Shown in pieces: positions 19,474 through 29,690 of a stretch of 32,000 nucleotides of DNA. The stretch lies in contig NZ_FNLK01000005.1 of NCBI RefSeq assembly GCF_900105015.1, forward strand, positions 180,001-212,000. The letters are read 5' to 3'. The notes beneath the pieces are model-generated. The model was not told where the DNA came from. It was given only the letters and a program-made list of their open reading frames with translations, and searched no databases. Both the position numbers and the translations under genes were made by a program. Source of the stretch: Schaalia meyeri (GTDB lineage: Bacteria; Actinomycetota; Actinomycetes; Actinomycetales; Actinomycetaceae). The first letter of the stretch is position 1. Every line of letters starts with the position of its first letter.

Positions 19474-20469
19474 ATGCCCGACCACGCACCCAACGATGCG
19501 CGCGGCACAGTCGATGCCGCGGCCACGTCAATGGACGACGAGAATCCCCCCACCTTCCCCGAGGGCATCCCCGCGCGCGACATCGTTGCGGCGAAACACG
19601 AACCTCGAGCATCCAACGAAGTCCTCATTATCACCGGCTACTCGGGCGCCGGCAGAACGGGCGCGGCGCGCGCACTGGAGGATCTCGATTGGTACGTCGT
19701 CGATAACCTGCCGCCGACGATGTTGCCAGCCCTCGTGGGCATGATGTCGAATGATCCGGCCGTCGGCGTCCATCGCCTGGCTGTTGGAGTGGACGTGCGC
19801 TCACGCACGTTTTTCGCGAACCTGTCCTCGACGCTTGACCAGCTAAAGATGGCCGGGATCGCCTACCGCGTGCTCTTCCTCGAGGCCGATGCTCAAACCC
19901 TTGTCCGGCGCTACGAGTCGAACCGTCGCCCACACCCCCTCCAGGGGAAGGGAACCCTCATGGACGGCATCAAGGCCGAGGAACGCTTGCTCGCCCCCCT
20001 GCGTCGCAGCGCAGACGAGGTCATCGACACTTCGGATATGAGCGTCCATGACCTGACCCGCAGGATTCGCGACATCGTCGCGGGCAAGGAGCGGCTCCTT
20101 CAGGTCACCGTCGAGTCCTTCGGGTTCAAGCACGGGCTTCCCCTGGACGCGGACCACGTGGTGGACGTGCGCTTCTTGAAGAACCCGTACTGGGTGGACG
20201 AGCTGCGACACCTGACCGGAAGAGATCAGGCCGTCGCCGACTACGTCCTGTCCCAGCCGGGGGCGCGGGACTTCGCGCTGGGATATGCCGATCTACTGGC
20301 TCCCATGCTGGCCGGGTATCTGGCAGAATTGAAACCATTCGTCACGATCGCCGTCGGCTGCACGGGCGGTAAACACCGTTCCGTTGCCTGCTCCGAGGCC
20401 ATCGCTGAACGCCTGCGCACACACGGACATACGGTTCGAGTGATGCACCGTGACATTGGGAGAGACTGA
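19474..20469 (+). CDS. rapZ: RNase adapter / nucleotide-binding protein RapZ
   Basis: P-loop ITGYSGAGRTGAA, then VDNLPP, and a C-terminal GCTGGKHRSV. Strong SD AGGAGGA. The conserved uvrC-rapZ-yvcK-whiA context is present. Confidence 0.9.
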   Translation: MPDHAPNDARGTVDAAATSMDDENPPTFPEGIPARDIVAAKHEPRASNEVLIITGYSGAGRTGAARALEDLDWYVVDNLPPTMLPALVGMMSNDPAVGVHRLAVGVDVRSRTFFANLSSTLDQLKMAGIAYRVLFLEADAQTLVRRYESNRRPHPLQGKGTLMDGIKAEERLLAPLRRSADEVIDTSDMSVHDLTRRIRDIVAGKERLLQVTVESFGFKHGLPLDADHVVDVRFLKNPYWVDELRHLTGRDQAVADYVLSQPGARDFALGYADLLAPMLAGYLAELKPFVTIAVGCTGGKHRSVACSEAIAERLRTHGHTVRVMHRDIGRD

Positions 20470-21473
20470 TGCCCTATCTTGATGCAGCCGGCTGGGTTCA
20501 ACGAGGAGAATCCGGCCAGTCCATCGTCGCCCTCGGCGGTGGTCATGGCCTGTCCGCGACACTGCGGGCGTTGCGCCACATCACCCACGCCCTGACCGCC
20601 GTGGTGACCGTCGCCGATGACGGGGGCAGTTCCGGTCGGCTCCGGCAAGAGATGCCGATCCTGCCTCCCGGCGACCTGCGCATGGCCCTGGCATCCCTAT
20701 GTGAGGAATCCGAATGGGGGCTTACATGGCGCGATGTCATGCAGCTGCGCCTAGATACCACGGGTCCCCTCAACGGTCATGCGCTCGGTAATCTGCTCAT
20801 CTCAGGACTCTGGCAGCTCCTCGATGATCCCGTTGAGGGACTCGACTGGGTTGGGCGGCTACTGGGCGCCCAGGGACGCGTCCTGCCCATGTCGGCGACG
20901 CCCATTGACATCGAAGCCGACATGTTGGACGGCGAGCGCCGATACGTTGTCTCCGGGCAATCCAAGGTAGCCGTGGCGCCCGGCACCGTCGAACACGTGC
21001 GTATCACCCCTAAAGCTCCCGATGTGCCCAGCGCGGTCATAGAGGCGATCTCCGAAGCCGACTGGGTCGTCCTCGGCCCCGGATCGTGGTACACCTCTGT
21101 CATCCCGCATCTGCTGGTGCCTCACATCAATCGCGCGCTCGCGACGACCGACGCGCACCGCGCGCTCGTGCTCAACCTCGCGCGCCAGCGCGGCGAAACG
21201 GATCTCATGTCGACGGCGGACCATGTGCGGGTCCTCCGCGAGTATGCCCCCATGCTCAAGCTAGACGTCGTCGTCGCGGACCCCACCGCCTGCGACGATA
21301 TCGATGACCTCATCGTGGCTGCTGAGGAGCTCGGGGCCAGGGTCCTGCTGCGACAGGTGCGCACCGGGGACGGGGCGCCCCACCACGACCCCCTCCGTCT
21401 TGCGGCGGCGCTGCGTGACGCGTTCGACGGCTTCCTTGGCGAGGTTGGCCAGCCCGAAACGTGGTTACCCTAG
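20469..21473 (+). CDS. yvcK: YvcK/CuvA-family gluconeogenesis factor (CofD-like, UPF0052)
   Basis: ALGGGHGLSATLRAL, DDGGSSGRLR and LGPGSWYTSV. The start overlaps the rapZ stop (TGATG). Confidence 0.9.
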   Translation: MPYLDAAGWVQRGESGQSIVALGGGHGLSATLRALRHITHALTAVVTVADDGGSSGRLRQEMPILPPGDLRMALASLCEESEWGLTWRDVMQLRLDTTGPLNGHALGNLLISGLWQLLDDPVEGLDWVGRLLGAQGRVLPMSATPIDIEADMLDGERRYVVSGQSKVAVAPGTVEHVRITPKAPDVPSAVIEAISEADWVVLGPGSWYTSVIPHLLVPHINRALATTDAHRALVLNLARQRGETDLMSTADHVRVLREYAPMLKLDVVVADPTACDDIDDLIVAAEELGARVLLRQVRTGDGAPHHDPLRLAAALRDAFDGFLGEVGQPETWLP

Positions 21474-21519
21474 AACCTGTTGCCCGCCGATTCACGACAT
21501 CACACCGTAGGGGGAATCC

Positions 21520-22503
21520 GTGTCCCTGACATCAGACATGAAGGACGAACTCGCGCGCGCCGTCATCACCACCCCGTCCGAGGTGGCCGCCGAGGTGAGC
21601 GCGACGCTGCGTTTCGCCGGTGGATTGCACCTCGTCGGCGGGAGGATCCTCGTCGAAGCAGAACTCGACTCGCCCGTCGCTGCGCGGCGACTGCGTACCT
21701 ATCTCCAGGCCCTGTTCAACGCGGACTCGTCGGTTGTCGTCGTATCCGGGTCCTCCCTGCGCCGAGGCAAGCGATACGTCGTGCGCGTTGTCCACAAAGC
21801 CGATGAGCTCGCTAGGCTCACCGGCCTGGTCGACTCGCTTCGCCGTCCCGTACGCGGCCTGCCTCCCGTTCTGGTTGCTTCGGGCACCGCCGAGGCGGCG
21901 GCGATCTGGCGAGGCGCTTTCCTCGCGCGCGGCTCCCTCATGGAACCTGGGCGTTCCTCCTCTCTCGAGATCACCTGCCCGGGGCCCGAGGTTGCCCTGG
22001 CGATGGTCGGATGCGCGCGTAAGCTCGGCGCCGCAGCACGTTCGAAGGAGGTGCGTGGCACCGACCGCGTGTCCGTGCGCGACTCGGATGCGATCGGCAC
22101 GTTGATCTCTGCAATGGGTGCACCGACGACCTTCGAGGCGTGGCAGGAGCGCCGCGAACGACGCGAAGCGCGCGGCAGCGCCAATCGGCTGGCGAACTTC
22201 GACGACGCTAACCTGCGACGTTCGGCGCGGGCTGCCGTCGCAGCGGGCGCGCGCGTCGAGCGCGCTTTTGAGATCCTGGGTGACGACGTGCCGACGCACC
22301 TGCTCGAAGCGGGCACGCTGCGTCTGCAGTACAAGCAGGCATCCCTTGAGGAACTGGGTAAGCACACGAACCCGCCGCTGACAAAGGATGCCGTCGCGGG
22401 ACGCATTCGACGGCTGCTCGCGCTCGCCGACAAGGTTGCGCACGAACGCGGGATCCCCGATACCGAATCCGCCCTCACGCTCGACATGCTCGACGAGGAC
22501 TGA
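21520..22503 (+). CDS. whiA: DNA-binding sporulation/cell-division regulator WhiA
   Basis: 327 aa. It starts [11 protein letters not shown], has a LAGLIDADG-like core and a C-terminal HTH ([22 protein letters not shown]). GTG start with GGGGGA SD. Conserved synteny. Confidence 0.92.
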   Translation: MSLTSDMKDELARAVITTPSEVAAEVSATLRFAGGLHLVGGRILVEAELDSPVAARRLRTYLQALFNADSSVVVVSGSSLRRGKRYVVRVVHKADELARLTGLVDSLRRPVRGLPPVLVASGTAEAAAIWRGAFLARGSLMEPGRSSSLEITCPGPEVALAMVGCARKLGAAARSKEVRGTDRVSVRDSDAIGTLISAMGAPTTFEAWQERRERREARGSANRLANFDDANLRRSARAAVAAGARVERAFEILGDDVPTHLLEAGTLRLQYKQASLEELGKHTNPPLTKDAVAGRIRRLLALADKVAHERGIPDTESALTLDMLDED

Positions 22504-22566
22504 GGTCCTTAGTTCGGCGTTATTCGTCGCGTTTTAAACGAGAATTACCCCACGCGCGAATTCTGA

Positions 22567-23715
<1,149 letters not shown>

Positions 23716-23746
23716 GCTGCTGACAACCCAGCCATGAGCTGATCAG

Positions 23747-23782
23747 CGAGATGCCCGTGCACGAGGGTGCACGGGCATCTCG
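23747..23782 (+). terminator. 16-bp perfect GC-rich hairpin between gap and pgk (attenuating terminator or mRNA stabiliser/processing site)
   Basis: CGAGATGCCCGTGCAC (23747-23762), loop GAGG, GTGCACGGGCATCTCG (23767-23782). It lies 31 nt after the gap stop and has no U-tract. Confidence 0.5.
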
Positions 23783-23818
23783 TCTGTCGCCAACGTCTTC
23801 GATCGAAAGGACCCTCTC

Positions 23819-25009
23819 ATGAGGACCATCTCCACCCTGGGCGACCTGCGCGGCAAGCGCGTCCTGGTTCGCTCCGACTTTAACGTTCCGCTCAAGGACG
23901 GCGCCATCACCGACGACGGTCGCATCCGCGCCGCCCTGCCTACCCTCACGACCCTCACCAACGCCGGCGCGAAGGTCGTTATCCTCGCACACCTCGGTCG
24001 GCCCAAGGGCCAGGTCGATCCGGCGTTCTCGCTGGCCCCCGTCGCGACGCGCCTCGCCGAGCTCTCCGGAGTCAAGGTGACGCTGGCCGCCGATACCGTT
24101 GGCCCCTCCGCAACCGAGACCGTCGCAGCCCTCGGCGAGGGCGAGATCGCGCTGCTTGAGAATGTCCGCTACGACGCTCGCGAGACCTCCAAGGTCGACG
24201 ACGAGCGCGCGGAACTGGCCCGTGAGTACGCCAAGCTCGGCGATGCCTTCGTCTCTGACGGCTTCGGCGTCGTCCACCGCAAGCAGGCTTCCGTGTACGA
24301 CATCGCGAAGCTTCTGCCCTCCGCTGCCGGCCTCCTCGTTCTCAAGGAAATCGAGTCCCTGTCCAAGGTCACCGGCGATCCCGAGCGTCCCTACGGGGTC
24401 GTCCTCGGTGGCTCCAAGGTTTCCGACAAGCTCGGCGTCATCGCCAACCTTTTGAAGAAGGCCGACATGCTCTTCATCGGCGGGGGCATGGCCTTCACCT
24501 TCCTTGCCGCCCAGGGGTACTCCGTCGGCAAGTCCCTCCTCGAGGAAGACCAGATCGACACGGTCAAGGGCTACATCGCTGAGGCCGCCGAGCGCGGCGT
24601 TGACCTGGTGCTGCCCGTTGACGTGGTCGTCGCTCCCGAGTTTGCGGCCGACGCTCCGGCCACCGTCGTGACGGTCGACACGATTCCCGATGACCAGATG
24701 GGTCTCGACATCGGCCCCGAGTCGGGCAAGCTGTTCGCCGATAAGATCGCCACCGCAAAGACCGTGGCCTGGAACGGCCCCATGGGAGTCTTCGAGTTCG
24801 ATGCTTTCGCCGGTGGCACCCGCGCCGTCGCCGCAGCCCTCTCGACGGGCGCCATGTTCTCCGTCATCGGCGGCGGGGACTCCGCCGCAGCCGTGCGCCT
24901 GCTTGGCTTCGACGAGTCCACCTTCTCCCACATTTCCACTGGTGGCGGTGCTTCCCTCGAGCTCCTCGAGGGCAAGGTGCTGCCCGGTATCGCAGTTCTG
25001 GAGGACTGA
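23819..25009 (+). CDS. pgk: phosphoglycerate kinase
   Basis: 396 aa. [13 protein letters not shown]-terminus and typical PGK hinge and C-domain motifs (GGGDSAAAV). SD GAAAGGA. Confidence 0.97.
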   Translation: MRTISTLGDLRGKRVLVRSDFNVPLKDGAITDDGRIRAALPTLTTLTNAGAKVVILAHLGRPKGQVDPAFSLAPVATRLAELSGVKVTLAADTVGPSATETVAALGEGEIALLENVRYDARETSKVDDERAELAREYAKLGDAFVSDGFGVVHRKQASVYDIAKLLPSAAGLLVLKEIESLSKVTGDPERPYGVVLGGSKVSDKLGVIANLLKKADMLFIGGGMAFTFLAAQGYSVGKSLLEEDQIDTVKGYIAEAAERGVDLVLPVDVVVAPEFAADAPATVVTVDTIPDDQMGLDIGPESGKLFADKIATAKTVAWNGPMGVFEFDAFAGGTRAVAAALSTGAMFSVIGGGDSAAAVRLLGFDESTFSHISTGGGASLELLEGKVLPGIAVLED

Positions 25010-25012
25010 CTC

Positions 25013-25789
25013 ATGGCACGTACCCCCCTCATGGCCGGTAACTGGAAGATGAACCTCGATCACCTCGAGGCCAACCACCTCGTCCAAGGCCTGGCAATGG
25101 CCCTGTCCGACGCGGGTCACGACTACTCCAAGTGCGAGGTCCTGGTTATCCCCCCCTTCACGGACATCCGCACCGTCCAGACGATCGTTGACGCCGACGA
25201 GCTCGGCATCAAGTACGGCGCTCAGGACGTTTCCGTCCACGACAATGGCGCCTTTACCGGCGAGATCTCTACCGACATGCTCACCAAGCTCGGCTGCGCG
25301 TACGTCGTGATGGGTCACTCCGAGCGCCGCGAATACCACAGCGAGTCCGACGAACTGGTTGGCGCCAAGGCCCGCAAGGTCTTCGACGCGGGCATGACGC
25401 CCATCCTGTGCTGTGGCGAGGCCCTCGAGGTTCGCAAGGCTGGAACCTACGTCGAGTTCGTGCTCGGCCAGATTCGCGCCGCCCTCGCCGGGTGGAAGGC
25501 CGAAGAGGTCGCCAAGATCGTCATCGCCTACGAGCCCATCTGGGCAATCGGCACCGGCGAGACCGCGTCCGCCGAGGACGCGCAGGAGGTCTGCGGAGCC
25601 ATCCGCGCCGCCCTCGCGAAGGACTTCGGCAGCGAGACCGCGGAGGCCACGCGCATTCTTTACGGCGGCTCCGCCAAGCCCGGCAACATCAAGGAACTCA
25701 TGGCGCAGCCCGACGTCGACGGCGGTCTCGTCGGCGGCGCGTCCCTCAAGGCCGACTCTTTCGCCGCCATGGCGACCTTCTACGCCTGA
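25013..25789 (+). CDS. tpiA: triosephosphate isomerase
   Basis: 258 aa with [14 protein letters not shown] and [18 protein letters not shown]. It starts 3 nt after the pgk stop. Confidence 0.97.
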   Translation: MARTPLMAGNWKMNLDHLEANHLVQGLAMALSDAGHDYSKCEVLVIPPFTDIRTVQTIVDADELGIKYGAQDVSVHDNGAFTGEISTDMLTKLGCAYVVMGHSERREYHSESDELVGAKARKVFDAGMTPILCCGEALEVRKAGTYVEFVLGQIRAALAGWKAEEVAKIVIAYEPIWAIGTGETASAEDAQEVCGAIRAALAKDFGSETAEATRILYGGSAKPGNIKELMAQPDVDGGLVGGASLKADSFAAMATFYA

Positions 25790-25844
25790 GATGCAATGAC
25801 GCGCGGATCCGTCTCCTCGGATGACGGGGGCGGAGCGGACGCGA

Positions 25845-25878
25845 GGTGGGGCCAACCGGTGTGCCGGTTGGCCCCACC
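25845..25878 (+). terminator. 15-bp perfect GC-rich hairpin downstream of tpiA
   Basis: GGTGGGGCCAACCGG (25845-25859), loop TGTG, CCGGTTGGCCCCACC (25864-25878). It lies 55 nt after the tpiA stop and has no U-tract. Confidence 0.55.
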
Positions 25879-25896
25879 GGCATTCTCGGTTAAAAT
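25868..25896 (+). promoter_or_regulatory. candidate secG promoter: -35 TTGGCC, 17-nt spacer, -10 TAAAAT
   Basis: TTGGCC 25868-25873 lies inside the 3' arm of the hairpin. TAAAAT is at 25891-25896. The hexamer sits exactly 6 nt upstream of GTG 25903. Confidence 0.45.
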
Positions 25897-25902
25897 GAAA
25901 CC

Positions 25903-26196
25903 GTGTGTGCTCCGGTACGGAGCGAAACTGCGATAGAAGTTGGATTCACCGTGACCATTTTGAACAACGTGCTGATCGTGCTGATCTTTTTGACCAGCAT
26001 CCTGCTGACCCTCACTGTCCTCATGCACAAGGGACAAGGTGGCGGCCTATCGGACATGTTTGGTGGCGGCATTTCCTCTTCTGCGGGTTCATCCGGCGTG
26101 GCCGAGCGCAACCTGAACCGCATTACGCTGGGCACCCTGCTCATCTGGCTGGTGTGCATCATCGGATACGCGCTCCTGGCCAAGTTCGGCGGCTGA
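25903..26196 (+). CDS. secG: preprotein translocase subunit SecG
   Basis: Two TM segments flank the conserved GGGLSDMFGGG loop. Start is ambiguous. GTG 25903 gives 97 aa and has the leaderless geometry. GTG 25951 gives 81 aa, which is closer to the length of mycobacterial SecG as I recall it. Confidence 0.85.
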   Translation: MCAPVRSETAIEVGFTVTILNNVLIVLIFLTSILLTLTVLMHKGQGGGLSDMFGGGISSSAGSSGVAERNLNRITLGTLLIWLVCIIGYALLAKFGG

Positions 26197-26220
26197 CTGC
26201 CTCGGACGATACCGCCTCGT

Positions 26221-26253
26221 GGCTCCCCACTCACGTGTGGGGAGCCATTTTGG
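26221..26253 (+). terminator. rho-independent terminator after secG
   Basis: GGCTCCCCAC (26221-26230), loop TCACGT, GTGGGGAGCC (26237-26246), followed by ATTTTGG. It sits between convergent secG and pgl. Confidence 0.8.
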
Positions 26254-26326
26254 TGGCGCCCACGGGCGGTGCGAACGATCCTCGCATAGTCGGCAAAGAC
26301 AGCATCTGCGCCGGCAACCACCGGCA

Positions 26327-27076
26327 TCACAGCAGCGCCGGATCGATGTGGGCCGCAGCGGCCTCGTCGAGGTAGACGCGCGTCGTGGGGGAGAGGACGG
26401 CGGCAACGGGCAGGTCGCGAGGCGATGCTCCCGCGAAGGCACGTCCCAGTGCGTCGGCCTTGGCGGCTCCGGTCGTGACCAGCCACACCTCGCGGCAGCG
26501 GCGCATGACGGGCATGGAAACGGTGATGCGCTCGGGAGGGGGCTTGGGCGAATGGCGGACGGCCAGGACGGGGGAGGAGGCGTTTAAATCGACGCGTCCG
26601 GGGAACAGTGAACAGATGTGCCCGTCGGGACCCATGCCGATCAGGGCGATGTCGAAGGATTCCTCACCCATCAGCTTCGTCCACGTCGCGCCATAGGCTG
26701 CTGTTGCATCATCCAGAGATCCGGCGCCCGGGGCGCTTTGGTCCGAGGTCGGCATGTGAACAAACTCGACGCCCGTTGCCGCGTGGAAAAATCCGTCCCA
26801 GGCTTGGTCGTCGTTGCGCTCCGGGTCGCCCGCGGGAACGTAGCGTTCATCCACCAACCACACGCGCACGCGAGACCAATCGACGTCGCCGATGCGCGGG
26901 AGCAGCGACGGCAGGACGGAGGTGGTGATGCCGCCCCCGGAGATCGCGAGGTTGATCCTGTTGCCCGGCCCCGCCTCGTCAACCAGCTCACGTAGTCGGT
27001 GAAGAAACGCCCGCCCGACGGCTTCGTTCAGCTCCCGCGTGCTCTCACGCACTGCGAGCGTGTGGATCTGCGGCAT
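26327..27076 (-). CDS. pgl: 6-phosphogluconolactonase (DevB)
   Basis: 249 aa with LAISGGG, WLVDERYVP and GMGPDGHICSLFPG. It lies 1 nt downstream of opcA. Confidence 0.88.
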   Translation of the reverse strand: MPQIHTLAVRESTRELNEAVGRAFLHRLRELVDEAGPGNRINLAISGGGITTSVLPSLLPRIGDVDWSRVRVWLVDERYVPAGDPERNDDQAWDGFFHAATGVEFVHMPTSDQSAPGAGSLDDATAAYGATWTKLMGEESFDIALIGMGPDGHICSLFPGRVDLNASSPVLAVRHSPKPPPERITVSMPVMRRCREVWLVTTGAAKADALGRAFAGASPRDLPVAAVLSPTTRVYLDEAAAAHIDPALL

Positions 27077-27077
27077 A

Positions 27078-28031
27078 TCACTGGTCCTCGTCGCACGTGG
27101 CCAGGGGCCGAATCTCCCCGGTGAGCAGTTCCCCGTAGTAGACGTCCGGATCGAGGCGACGCAGATCCTCCATGAGAGAATCTCGAACGGAACGGCGGGC
27201 GAGGTTCACGTTTCGATCCTCGAGGCCGGGACGCGACAGGCGCGCCACGGATGAGGAGACGCTGCGCGTCAGGGACACAGTGGTGTCATCGTCGAAGAAG
27301 AAGGTGATCTCCGTGATCGTGAGAGCATCGCGGTCCACGACCCGCTCCACGGGAACACCCAACTGGTGGTGCAGCCACGCGGCGACCAGGAAAGGCGATG
27401 GGTGCGTGGCGTTGCCCGAGACCCGGATTGAGGTCGGCGGACGGTCGAAGTCCTCGGCGATCGCGGCCAAAAGAGCGCGCCACAGCGTCACGCCCGCCCA
27501 GGCCAGATCGGTATCTCCGGGCGTGTACACCGCCGACAGCGCAACGAGCGTCTCCATCGGGCAGCTGGTCGCGCGCGAGTCGGTGATTCGCTTGACCGCG
27601 AGGCGCCCCAGGGGGTGCTGGCCGGGATTCTCCGGAGGGGTGACCGGCCAGTAGGTGACGACGGGCGTGTCCGACTGCAGCAGCGGCGCCACCAACGAAT
27701 CGATGTTCGACGCGGCCTCGCCGCGCGGCTCTAGAATAATGATGTCCGAAAGCCCGGCGGCATCCCCGACGCGAATCTGGGCGTTCAGGCGCGCCTCACC
27801 ATGGGTGGATGATGGTTCGACCACAACGATCACGCGGCACGGGTGTTCGCGCGAAACGGCATCCGAAACCTCGATCGCGTTGTCAACGTCAATGAGGTCG
27901 GGCACACAGATGAGCAGGGTCAGGACACGGCTCAGTGCGGCGGATCCGCGCTCGTCGCGCAACTCGATGATTCGGGACGCGACCTTCGCGGACGTTGTGT
28001 TCTTCAGGGTGATAATCACGGAAGCCTCCAA
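27078..28031 (-). CDS. opcA: glucose-6-phosphate dehydrogenase assembly protein OpcA
   Basis: 317 aa. SREHPCRVIVV and TPVVTYWP match OpcA as I recall it from mycobacteria. It overlaps the zwf stop by 16 nt. Confidence 0.85.
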   Translation of the reverse strand: MEASVIITLKNTTSAKVASRIIELRDERGSAALSRVLTLLICVPDLIDVDNAIEVSDAVSREHPCRVIVVVEPSSTHGEARLNAQIRVGDAAGLSDIIILEPRGEAASNIDSLVAPLLQSDTPVVTYWPVTPPENPGQHPLGRLAVKRITDSRATSCPMETLVALSAVYTPGDTDLAWAGVTLWRALLAAIAEDFDRPPTSIRVSGNATHPSPFLVAAWLHHQLGVPVERVVDRDALTITEITFFFDDDTTVSLTRSVSSSVARLSRPGLEDRNVNLARRSVRDSLMEDLRRLDPDVYYGELLTGEIRPLATCDEDQ

Positions 28032-29542
28032 AAACGGCCGTCACGGGCCAGCATGTCGCGTGCGGATCTGGGCCCCCACGTGCCGGGCGCGTAGGGCTCT
28101 GGCTGCCCCTGGGATTCCCAGAAGGAGAGAATAGGATCGAGTATTGTCCATGAGGCCTCAACCTCGCGCTGGTGCGGAAAAAGGGGAGCGGAACCTACGA
28201 GCGCGTCGAGGATCAGGCGCTCGTAGGCCTCGGGGGAATCTTCGGTGAAGGCGTGGCCGTAGGCGAAGTCCATGGTGACGTCGCGGACCTGCATCTCCGT
28301 GCCCGGTACCTTCGCGCCGAGCTTAAGAGTCAGGCCCTCGTCGGGCTGAACGCGGATCACAAGGGCATTCTGGAAAGATTCGCTCAGGTCGGAGTTAGCG
28401 AAGGGAACGTGCGCGGAGCGCTTAAAGATAACGGCGATTTCGGTGACGCGCTTACCCAGACGCTTGCCCGCACGCAAGTAGAAGGGCACGCCCGCCCAGC
28501 GGCGCGTGTCGACGTACAGTTTGATGGCCGCGAAGGTTTCCGTCGTCGAATCGGCGGGAATACCGTCCTCCTCCAGGTATCCGCGCACCTGCGCGCCGCC
28601 CTGCCATCCGCCCGCGTACTGTCCGCGAGCGGTGCTGGAAGCCAGATCTTCGGGCAGGCGCACCGCTGAGAGGACCTTTTCTTTCTCAGCTCGGATCTCT
28701 TCGGGCGTGAAGTGAACGGGTTCCTCCATGGCGGTCAGGGCCATGAGCTGAAGCAGGTGATTCTGAATGACGTCCCTGGCCGCGCCAATGCCGTCGTAGT
28801 ATCCGGCGCGCGTTCCGATACCGATGTCCTCGGCCATGGTGATCTGAACGGAGTCGACGTAGTTCGCTTTCCACAGGGGTTCGAACATGGCGTTCGCGAA
28901 GCGCATCGCCATGATGTTCTGGACCGTCTCTTTGCCCAAGTAGTGGTCGATACGAAAGACGTCGCACTCGTTGAAAATTTGCGAGATGACGGCAGAGAGC
29001 ACGCGCGCCGAATCGAGATCGTTCCCGAAGGGCTTCTCGATGATGACCCGGCGCCATTCCCGGCCGCGGCGCCTGTTCAGGCCCGTATCGGACAGGTGCT
29101 TCGCGACGACGGGAAAATACGAGGGCGGGATGGACAGGTAGAACGCGTGGTTACCGCCCGTACCGCGCGAGCGGTCCAGTTCCGCAACGGTGTCCGCCAG
29201 CCGACGGTAGGCGCCTGGATCGTCGAAGGTGCCGGAGACGAAACGCAGGCCGGAGCGCAACTGGTTCCAGGTCCCATCGCTGAAACCGGTGCGAGTGTTG
29301 GCTTCGATAGACGACCGCACGTACTCCTCGAAGTCCCGGGGGCTCCAATCGCGCCGAGCGAATCCGGTCAGTGAAAACGCCGGATGGAGCAGGCCTCGGT
29401 TGGCCAGGTCGTAGATGGCGGGGAGCAGTTTCTTGCGTGCGAGGTCGCCGGTGATGCCGAAGATGACGAGGCCACAGGGCGGCGAGATGCGCGGGAGCCT
29501 GCGGTCTTCGGGGTCGCGCAGGGTGGGGATGTTGCTGGCCAC
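28016..29542 (-). CDS. zwf: glucose-6-phosphate 1-dehydrogenase
   Basis: GITGDLARKKLLPAIYDL (NADP site) and RIDHYLGKE (active site). The start is trimmed to GTG 29542, which has GGAGGA 6 nt upstream. The longer ORF to 29827 would overlap the tkt 3' end and encodes R/P/S-rich sequence. Confidence 0.93.
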   Translation of the reverse strand: MASNIPTLRDPEDRRLPRISPPCGLVIFGITGDLARKKLLPAIYDLANRGLLHPAFSLTGFARRDWSPRDFEEYVRSSIEANTRTGFSDGTWNQLRSGLRFVSGTFDDPGAYRRLADTVAELDRSRGTGGNHAFYLSIPPSYFPVVAKHLSDTGLNRRRGREWRRVIIEKPFGNDLDSARVLSAVISQIFNECDVFRIDHYLGKETVQNIMAMRFANAMFEPLWKANYVDSVQITMAEDIGIGTRAGYYDGIGAARDVIQNHLLQLMALTAMEEPVHFTPEEIRAEKEKVLSAVRLPEDLASSTARGQYAGGWQGGAQVRGYLEEDGIPADSTTETFAAIKLYVDTRRWAGVPFYLRAGKRLGKRVTEIAVIFKRSAHVPFANSDLSESFQNALVIRVQPDEGLTLKLGAKVPGTEMQVRDVTMDFAYGHAFTEDSPEAYERLILDALVGSAPLFPHQREVEASWTILDPILSFWESQGQPEPYAPGTWGPRSARDMLARDGRFWRLP

Positions 29543-29629
29543 GAATCTTCCTCCATTCGCTCGGGGGACGAGGCCGTGGCCCCGAGGCCTGTTGGGAGGT
29601 GGGGCCAGACCCATATGACTTAGAGAATA

Positions 29630-29664
29630 GGGCTGCTGACGCGCTCCTTGCGCGCCAGCAGCCC
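29630..29664 (-). terminator. hairpin between the tkt stop and the zwf start (9 bp + A/C mismatch + 5 bp, loop of 5 nt)
   Basis: GGGCTGCTG-A-CGCGC TCCTT GCGCG-C-CAGCAGCCC. On the minus strand it is followed by TATTCTCT. It lies 26 nt after the tkt stop. Confidence 0.5.
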
Positions 29665-29690
29665 CTCCTCGACTTCTTGTGACTAGAAAG

